In this document: positions 57,974 to 64,000 of the stretch, in pieces
Position numbering within the stretch: position 1 is the stretch's first letter
Layout: each line of letters opens with the position of its first letter
Assembly: GCA_963779415.1 (NCBI GenBank)
Contig: CAVZYA010000001.1
Coordinates: 768,001-832,000, forward strand
DNA from: an uncultured Acidobacteriota bacterium
GTDB lineage: Bacteria > Acidobacteriota > Thermoanaerobaculia > UBA5066
Length of the DNA stretch: 64,000 bases
Direction: 5' to 3'
The notes under the pieces: model-generated
What the model was told of the DNA's origin: nothing
The model's input: the letters and a program-made list of their open reading frames with translations, nothing else
Databases searched by the model: none
Translations under genes and position numbers: made by a program

Positions 57974-59587
57974 TCACATCCGGAAGACGCCGAATCGGGA
58001 CTCCGAAACCGGCGCGTTGAAGGCGGCCGAGAGCCCGAGGGCGAGCACGGTGCGCGTCTCCTTCGGGTCGAGGATGCCGTCGTCCCAGAGGCGCGCGGTC
58101 GCGTAATAGGGGCTCCCCTCGGCCTCGTACTTCTGGAGCGTCGGCCGGCGGAACGCCTCGCGCTCCTCCGGCGTCATCCGGGGCTTTCCCTCGCGCTCGC
58201 GCTGCTCGTCCTTGACGGTCGCGAGGACGTCCGCCGCCTGCTCGCCCCCCATGACGCTGATCCGCGCGTTCGGCCAGCTCCAGAGGAAGCGGGGCTGGTA
58301 CGCGCGGCCGCACATCCCGTAGTTTCCGGCCCCGAAGGAGCCGCCGACGATGAGGGTCAGCTTCGGGACCGCGGCGTTGGCGACCGCATGGACCATCTTC
58401 GCTCCGTCCTTTGCGATCCCTCCGTGCTCGGCGGCCTTCCCCACCATGAAGCCCGTGATGTTCTGGAGGAAGAGGAGCGGGAGGCGCCGCTGCGAGGCCA
58501 TCTCGATGAAATGGGTCGCCTTGAGGGCCGATTCCGAGAAGAGGACTCCGTTGTTGGCGAGGACCGCCACCGGGAATCCCGCGATCCGCCCGAAGCCGGT
58601 GACGAGCGTCGCCCCGTAACGGGCCTTGAACTCGTGGAAGCGCGAGCCGTCGAGAATCCGCGCGAGGATCTCCCGGACGTCGTACGGCCGCCTGAGGTCG
58701 GCGGGAAGGACCCCGTAGATCTCCTCGGCGGGGTAGAGAGGCTCCTCGGGAGCGGCGAGGTCGCCGGGGAGGGACTTGACCGTGTTCAGGCGCGAGACGA
58801 TCTCGCGCACGCGGGCGATCGCGTCGGCGTCGTCGTCGGCGAGATGGTCGGCGACCCCCGAGAGGCGCGTATGGACGTCGCCTCCCCCCAGCTCCTCCGC
58901 CGTCACGCTCTCCCCCGTCGCCGCCTTCACGAGGGGCGGGCCGGCGAGGAAGATCGTCCCCTGCTCCTTCACGATGACGGTCTCGTCCGACATCGCCGGG
59001 ACGTAGGCACCCCCCGCCGTGCACGAGCCGAGGACGGCCGCCACCTGCGCGAGGCCCGCCGCGCTCATCCGCGCCTGGTTGTAGAAGATCCGGCCGAAGT
59101 GGTCGCGGTCCGGGAAGACCTCGTCCTGGAGCGGCAGGAAGGCGCCGCCGGAATCGACCAGATAGACGGACGCGAGGCCGTTCTCGGCGGCGATCTCCTG
59201 CGCGCGGAGATGCTTCTTGACGGTGATCGGAAAGTAGGTTCCGCCCTTCACCGTCGCGTCGTTCGCGACGACCATCACCTCGCGGCCGGAGACGCGCCCG
59301 ATCCCGGTGACGAGCCCCGCGCACGGCGCGGCGCCGTCGTACATCCCGAAGCCCGCGAGGGGCGCGATCTCGAGGAACGCGCTCCCCGCGTCGAGAAGCT
59401 GCTCGATCCTCTCGCGGACGGGGAGCTTTCCGCGCCCCGTCTGCCGGCCGCGCTCCTTCTCGCCGCCGCCGTCCCGCGCGCGCGCCACCTCCTCGCGCAG
59501 TCGCGCGGCGAGGGCGGCGTGGTGACGGTGGTTCGCGCCGAACTCTTCCGACCTGGGGTCGATTCGGGAGACGAGGACTTCGCTCAC
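57974..59587 (-). CDS. liuB: Methylcrotonyl-CoA carboxylase beta (carboxyltransferase) subunit
   Basis: '[11 protein letters not shown]', '[15 protein letters not shown]', 'ARLWDDG', 'FGVFRM'. Confidence 0.93.
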   Translation of the reverse strand: MSEVLVSRIDPRSEEFGANHRHHAALAARLREEVARARDGGGEKERGRQTGRGKLPVRERIEQLLDAGSAFLEIAPLAGFGMYDGAAPCAGLVTGIGRVSGREVMVVANDATVKGGTYFPITVKKHLRAQEIAAENGLASVYLVDSGGAFLPLQDEVFPDRDHFGRIFYNQARMSAAGLAQVAAVLGSCTAGGAYVPAMSDETVIVKEQGTIFLAGPPLVKAATGESVTAEELGGGDVHTRLSGVADHLADDDADAIARVREIVSRLNTVKSLPGDLAAPEEPLYPAEEIYGVLPADLRRPYDVREILARILDGSRFHEFKARYGATLVTGFGRIAGFPVAVLANNGVLFSESALKATHFIEMASQRRLPLLFLQNITGFMVGKAAEHGGIAKDGAKMVHAVANAAVPKLTLIVGGSFGAGNYGMCGRAYQPRFLWSWPNARISVMGGEQAADVLATVKDEQREREGKPRMTPEEREAFRRPTLQKYEAEGSPYYATARLWDDGILDPKETRTVLALGLSAAFNAPVSESRFGVFRM

Positions 59588-59593
59588 CGGCCG

Positions 59594-60010
59594 TCAGCCG
59601 GCCGCGGCGACGCGTCCCGTGAGCCGCCGGATCGCCTCGACGGTGTCGCCCGTCGTCGTCCCCGGCAGAAAGATCTCGCGGACGCCCTTCGCCCGGAGAG
59701 CCACGATGTCCTTCTCCGGAATGATCCCGCCGACGACGACGGGAATCTGGCCTCCGCCCCGCTCCTCGAGCGCCTTGAGCACTTCCGGAACGAGGACGTT
59801 GTGCGCGCCGGAGAGGATCGAGAGGCCGACGACGTCGACGTCTTCCTGCACGGCGGCCGCGGCGATCTGCGGCGGAGTCTGCCGGAGGCCCGTGTAGATG
59901 ACCTCCATGCCGGCGTCCCGAAGGGCGCGCGCGATCACCTTCGCTCCGCGGTCGTGGCCGTCGAGGCCGGGCTTGGCGATGAGGACCCGGATGGGACGTT
60001 CGGCTTTCAT
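59594..60010 (-). CDS. Stand-alone cobalamin-binding subunit of an acyl-CoA mutase (MCM C-terminal-like)
   Basis: '[12 protein letters not shown]' (DxHxxG), 'SILSGAH', 'GGIIP'. Confidence 0.92.
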   Translation of the reverse strand: MKAERPIRVLIAKPGLDGHDRGAKVIARALRDAGMEVIYTGLRQTPPQIAAAAVQEDVDVVGLSILSGAHNVLVPEVLKALEERGGGQIPVVVGGIIPEKDIVALRAKGVREIFLPGTTTGDTVEAIRRLTGRVAAAG

Positions 60011-60049
60011 CGGGACCGATTCTAATAGAATGACTTGCAGGGAGACGGG

Positions 60050-61354
60050 ATGGAGCGACTCGGCGACCTGATGGTCGGAAGAGGCCTCGCCACGGAAGAG
60101 CAGAGGGCTCACGCTTTTCTGATCTACCGCCGGGAGGGGGGACGCTTCGGAACCGCGCTTCTCGAGTCGGGCGTCCCGGAGGCGGCCATCGCCGCGGCGC
60201 TCGGAATCCAGCACAACGTCGCGTCCGCCGGCGGGGCGGAGCTGGAGGAGATCAAGCCGGAGGTCCTTCGCCTCGTTTCGATCCGGAGTGCCCAGCGCCT
60301 CGGCCTCATTCCGTTCAAGCGGGAGGGGCGCGTCCTGTCGGTGGCGCTCAAGGACCCGAAGGATCTCCGGGCGCTGGACGAGATCGGTCTCGCGACGGGC
60401 CTTCAGGTCCGCGCTTTCGTCGCCACCGAGGCCCGGATCGACACGGCGCTCGCGAAGCATTACGGCGCGCGCGTCGAGCCGCGGCACGTCGGAGCGATTC
60501 GCCTTTCCGCCCACCGGAAACCGCCCCCCCGGCAGGACGCGAGCTCGACCGAACCGAGCACGGCACCGCGGCGGGCCCGGCCCGCCACGCTCCGGATCAT
60601 TCACCCGCCGACTTCGGGGGGCCGCTCTCCGATCCCTCCGTCGATACCCGCTCCGGCCGCCGCGAGGATCGCGCGCCCGAGCGCGACGACCCGGGACCGG
60701 ACGGATCCCTGGAGCAGCACCGACCCGCGCGGCACTGCCGCCGTCCTTCCGCTGGAGCAGGATTTCGTCGAGGACGCGTTCCGCTCCGCCGCGCCGGAAC
60801 CCTCCCCGCCCATGAGCCCCGAGCACCCGGAGCCGCGGATGCCCGACGATCTCGTTCCCGACGGACCGGCGCCGACCGTGGAGGAACGGCTCGCCGAAGA
60901 GCTCGGAGAGGCCACGACGAACGAGGACGTCATCGATGCCGTTCTCACCGCCGCCGGGCACTATGTCCGGCGGGTCGCTCTTTTCGTCGTGCAGGGAGAC
61001 TACGTCGCCGGGTGGGGCGCGCGCCCCGATCCTCCGGGAGAGCTGCGCGAGTTCCGTCTCCCGCTCGCCGAGGCCTCCGTCTTCGCCACGCTCCGCGACA
61101 CCGAGGGGTTCTACGTCGGCACCTACATGGACCTGCCGACCACGGTCCGGGTCCTTCGCGCGCTCGGCTCGGACGGGCTCGGCACGATGGCCGTCGTTCC
61201 GGTCACCCTCAAGGGAAAGACGGTTCTCTACATCTGGGGCGAGTCGGAGTCGTACACGCGCCCTCCCTCGGTCCCGGCCCTGAAGCGCCTCGCGGCGATG
61301 ATGGCCACGGGCCTGGAGATCGTCCGGCTCAAGAGCCGGCTCTTCGCCCTCTAG
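60050..61354 (+). CDS. MshEN/T2SSE_N domain protein without an ATPase domain
   Basis: '[21 protein letters not shown]', T2SSE_N-like 'SVALKDP', Pro-rich linker, GAF-like C-terminus. Confidence 0.7.
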   Translation: MERLGDLMVGRGLATEEQRAHAFLIYRREGGRFGTALLESGVPEAAIAAALGIQHNVASAGGAELEEIKPEVLRLVSIRSAQRLGLIPFKREGRVLSVALKDPKDLRALDEIGLATGLQVRAFVATEARIDTALAKHYGARVEPRHVGAIRLSAHRKPPPRQDASSTEPSTAPRRARPATLRIIHPPTSGGRSPIPPSIPAPAAARIARPSATTRDRTDPWSSTDPRGTAAVLPLEQDFVEDAFRSAAPEPSPPMSPEHPEPRMPDDLVPDGPAPTVEERLAEELGEATTNEDVIDAVLTAAGHYVRRVALFVVQGDYVAGWGARPDPPGELREFRLPLAEASVFATLRDTEGFYVGTYMDLPTTVRVLRALGSDGLGTMAVVPVTLKGKTVLYIWGESESYTRPPSVPALKRLAAMMATGLEIVRLKSRLFAL

Positions 61355-61422
61355 CCCCTTCGGACCCCCCTAAGACTCTCGATTTGAACGAGATCAGGGA
61401 TTCCCGGTAAACTCCCCCCTGC

Positions 61423-61737
61423 GTGATCAAGAACGACATCATCAACGGCGTCGCGGACGCGGCCGGCGTCCCGCGCCAGAAGGCCGCTCTCGCCGTCGAA
61501 ACGATCATCGACGTCATGCGTCGCGCGCTCGAGCGCGGCGAGCGGATCGAGCTGCGCGGCTTCGGCGTCTTCCTCGTGAAGCCCCGCAAGAAGGGGATCG
61601 GACGAAATCCGAAACGGCCGACCGAGGAAGTCCAGATCCCGCCCGGATTCACGATCCGTTTCAAGCCGGGGAAGGAGCTGCGCGACCTGACGACGCCGGT
61701 TCCGGTCCCGGCCCCCGAAGAGCCCCCCAAGCCCTGA
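61423..61737 (+). CDS. HU/IHF family DNA-binding protein
   Basis: 'RIELRGFGVF', 'GRNPK', 'FKPGKEL'. Confidence 0.93.
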   Translation: MIKNDIINGVADAAGVPRQKAALAVETIIDVMRRALERGERIELRGFGVFLVKPRKKGIGRNPKRPTEEVQIPPGFTIRFKPGKELRDLTTPVPVPAPEEPPKP

Positions 61738-61741
61738 CCGG

Positions 61742-62647
61742 ATGAGCGCGGGCTTTCCCGGGTCCGCTCCCCCGCCGCGAAGACGCGAGCGGTGGTGGCT
61801 TCACGGACTCCTCCTCGTCCTGACGATCGCCACGACGACGTACGTCGGAGCCGGATTCGCGGTCAACTTCCGGCCGGGCCTTCTTCCTGCGGGAGGCCTC
61901 GTCCGCGGCTCCCTCGCCCCGCTCGTCCGCGGCGCGCTCTCGTTCTCCCTGCCGCTCCTCGCGATCCTCCTCGCACACGAGATGGGGCACTACCTCATGT
62001 GCCGGCATTACGGGATCGACGCTTCGCCGCCGTATTTCCTTCCGTTCCCCTCCCTCGTCGGGACCCTCGGTGCCTTCATCCGGATCCGCCAGCCGATCGC
62101 TTCGAAGAGGCAGCTCTTCGACATCGGCGTCGCCGGACCGATCGCCGGATTCGTCGTGGCGATTCCGCTTCTCTTCTGGGGGATCGCCCATTCGCGCCCG
62201 AATCTCTCCCCGGTTCTCGAAGAGGGGACGATCCTTTTCCGCTATCCGCTCGCGGTGACGTGGGCTCAGATGCTGACCCTCGGCCAGACGTTCACGAGCG
62301 AGCAGGCGGTCGAGCACCCCGTCTTCCTCGCCGCGTGGTTCGGCCTCTTCGTCACGGCGCTGAATCTCCTCCCCATCGGCCAGCTCGACGGCGGACACGC
62401 CCTCTACGCGGTCCTCGGCCGCCACCAGCGGAGGGCCGCCTGGCCCATCCTCGCCGTCCTCGCCCTCCTCGGGCTGAAGTGGCCCGGCTGGTGGCTCTGG
62501 GTCGTCATCACGCTCTTCATCGGCGTGAAGCACCCGCCCGTCCTCGACGAGGACGAGTCGCTCGACCCGGCGCGCCTCGCCGTGGCGTTCCTCGTCCTGC
62601 TGATCTTCGCCGTCTGCTTCGCGCCGATCCCGCTCGTCGTCACCTGA
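61742..62647 (+). CDS. Site-2 protease (M50 family)
   Basis: 'HEMGH', 'AGP', 'NLLPIGQLDGGH'. Confidence 0.92.
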   Translation: MSAGFPGSAPPPRRRERWWLHGLLLVLTIATTTYVGAGFAVNFRPGLLPAGGLVRGSLAPLVRGALSFSLPLLAILLAHEMGHYLMCRHYGIDASPPYFLPFPSLVGTLGAFIRIRQPIASKRQLFDIGVAGPIAGFVVAIPLLFWGIAHSRPNLSPVLEEGTILFRYPLAVTWAQMLTLGQTFTSEQAVEHPVFLAAWFGLFVTALNLLPIGQLDGGHALYAVLGRHQRRAAWPILAVLALLGLKWPGWWLWVVITLFIGVKHPPVLDEDESLDPARLAVAFLVLLIFAVCFAPIPLVVT

Positions 62648-62651
62648 GCGC

Positions 62652-63143
62652 TCAGGCACCCGTCAGCTTCAGGATCAGCCGGATCTGCCCCGTGTGGTAG
62701 ACGTCGTGAGCGGCGGCGCCGGCGATGAGACCCAGGAACGAACGGCGGCTGCCGGGCGCGCGGGACCGGAGCTTCTTTGCGGGGAAGACTTCGACTGCGG
62801 CGCGGAGCTTCCGGTGCTCCTCGCGGAGGAGAGCGAGATCCGCCGGCCACGATTCGAGAGCGGACGCCCCATCTCGCGGGAAGAAGTTGCTTCCCTTCAG
62901 AGGGAACGATCCCCGCTTCTCTCCGGTCAGCTTCCGACGGACGGCGTACTTCCAGTAGGCGCAGTGAAGAGCCAGCTCCTGGATGCTGTGGCGCCCCGCT
63001 CCCGGCCGGGCGCCCGCCTCGGCTGCCGAGAGCGTCCGGAGCGATCCGAAGAGATTCGGGCCGTGCCACGCTTTCCGGTCGAAAGCCTCGTCGAGGAGAT
63101 GGAGAAGGACCCCGATCTCGGGGCTCGTCTTTTTCGCATTCAT
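62652..63143 (-). CDS. DinB superfamily protein
   Basis: 'AWHGP', 'HSIQELALH', 'HDVYHTGQI'; alternative start at 63170. Confidence 0.85.
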   Translation of the reverse strand: MNAKKTSPEIGVLLHLLDEAFDRKAWHGPNLFGSLRTLSAAEAGARPGAGRHSIQELALHCAYWKYAVRRKLTGEKRGSFPLKGSNFFPRDGASALESWPADLALLREEHRKLRAAVEVFPAKKLRSRAPGSRRSFLGLIAGAAAHDVYHTGQIRLILKLTGA

Positions 63144-63166
63144 CGCTCTCATCGTTCTCGTCGCAT

Positions 63167-63631
63167 TCATCGTCCGCCTCCATCCGGCGCACGCTTCGAC
63201 CGCCAGGTGAAGGTGACCGGGCCGTCGTTGACGAGCTCCACCTCCATCATGGCGCCGAAGCGCCCCGTCTCGACCGGGACGCCATAGGCCTTGAGCGCCG
63301 CCACGTAGCGGGCGAAGAGCGGCTCGGCTACGTCCGGCCTGGCCGCCCCTTCGAAGCCGGGACGTCGCCCCCGCGAGAGGTCCGCGCCGAGCGTGAACTG
63401 CGACACGGCGAGGACGGAGCCTCCCGCCTCCCGGACGTCGCGGTTCATCCGCCCCGACCCGTCCGCGAAGACCCGAAGCTCCGCCGTCTTCCGCGCGGCC
63501 TCGTCAGCGCTCTCCTCGCCGTCCTGCGGCTCGACGCAGCCGAGGACGAGAAGCCCCGGCCCGATCGACCCGACGGTCTCGCCGCCGACGCGGACCGCGG
63601 CGCGCGTGACGCGCTGGAGGACGAGGATCAC
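63167..63631 (-). CDS. dtd: D-aminoacyl-tRNA deacylase
   Basis: 'LQRV', 'SQFTL', 'GRFGAMMEVELVNDGPVT'. Confidence 0.95.
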   Translation of the reverse strand: MILVLQRVTRAAVRVGGETVGSIGPGLLVLGCVEPQDGEESADEAARKTAELRVFADGSGRMNRDVREAGGSVLAVSQFTLGADLSRGRRPGFEGAARPDVAEPLFARYVAALKAYGVPVETGRFGAMMEVELVNDGPVTFTWRSKRAPDGGGR

Positions 63632-64000
63632 GCCTCCCTCCGCCGCCGGAGCACGCCGAAGATCTCCTCCACCTCGGGCGCCCGGAGCGCCACTGCCACG
63701 CCGACGAAGAGGAGCGAGGCCCCCGCGATCACCCCGATCAGCCACGAGCCCCTCGCGGCGAAGCGCCAGGCCGGATCGTACGGGAGGAGCCTTTCGGCGG
63801 CGGCGAGGACGACGACCCCCATCACGAGGCTCGCGCCGAGCGTCCGGCCGAGCGACCGGATCAGCTCGCGTCCCCCGAGGGGGCCGAGCTTCCGGCGAAG
63901 GAGCGCGAAGAGGAGGAGGAAGTTGATCCAGAAGCCGGCCGAGGTCGCGAGGGCGACGCCGGCGTGCTTCATCGGTCCCGCGAGGACGACGCAGAGGATC
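63628..64000 (-). CDS. murJ: Lipid II flippase MurJ, C-terminal part (truncated by the window edge)
   Basis: 'HAGVALATS..WIN' MviN-type C-terminal TM region. Confidence 0.7.
   Translation of the reverse strand, partial: ILCVVLAGPMKHAGVALATSAGFWINFLLLFALLRRKLGPLGGRELIRSLGRTLGASLVMGVVVLAAAERLLPYDPAWRFAARGSWLIGVIAGASLLFVGVAVALRAPEVEEIFGVLRRRREA

Noticed and set aside
63125-63175. Short repeat (cgatgaatgcga twice) at the dtd/DinB junction
   Set aside because: Only a 12-bp duplication giving alternative starts; no further structure

Overview
High-GC bacterial chromosome segment. Gene content suggests an Acidobacteriota/Thermoanaerobaculia-like anaerobe, but that is an inference. From left to right: lysE and a GT-C-like membrane protein; a minus-strand redox and hydrogenase-maturation operon (HybA-like Tat Fe-S protein, a NrfD/cytochrome c3/OTR-like fusion with 13 CxxCH motifs, hypF-C-D-E); a TetR-TolC-MFP-RND-MFS efflux operon; an IPTL-CTERM surface protein; feoAB; and a small glycosylation cluster. 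A tRNA-Gly(CCC) integration hotspot spans about 31.1-41.3 kb. It has two displaced 3'-end copies of the tRNA on one side and a displaced 5'-half copy on the other. The 5'-side island holds an integrase remnant, co-oriented cassette-like genes with decayed attC-like repeats, and an IS110-family element whose downstream non-coding end has two 8-nt segments that together match its reconstructed 16-bp target (bridge/seekRNA-like). The rest is housekeeping: pgsA-like, Crp, hfq, miaA, comEC, RlmD-like, birA, valS, RomR-like regulator, leucine catabolism genes, an MshEN protein, HU/IHF, M50 protease, DinB, dtd and partial murJ. About 7-8 single-indel frameshifts suggest assembly errors. All calls come from reading motifs by eye; no database searches were run.
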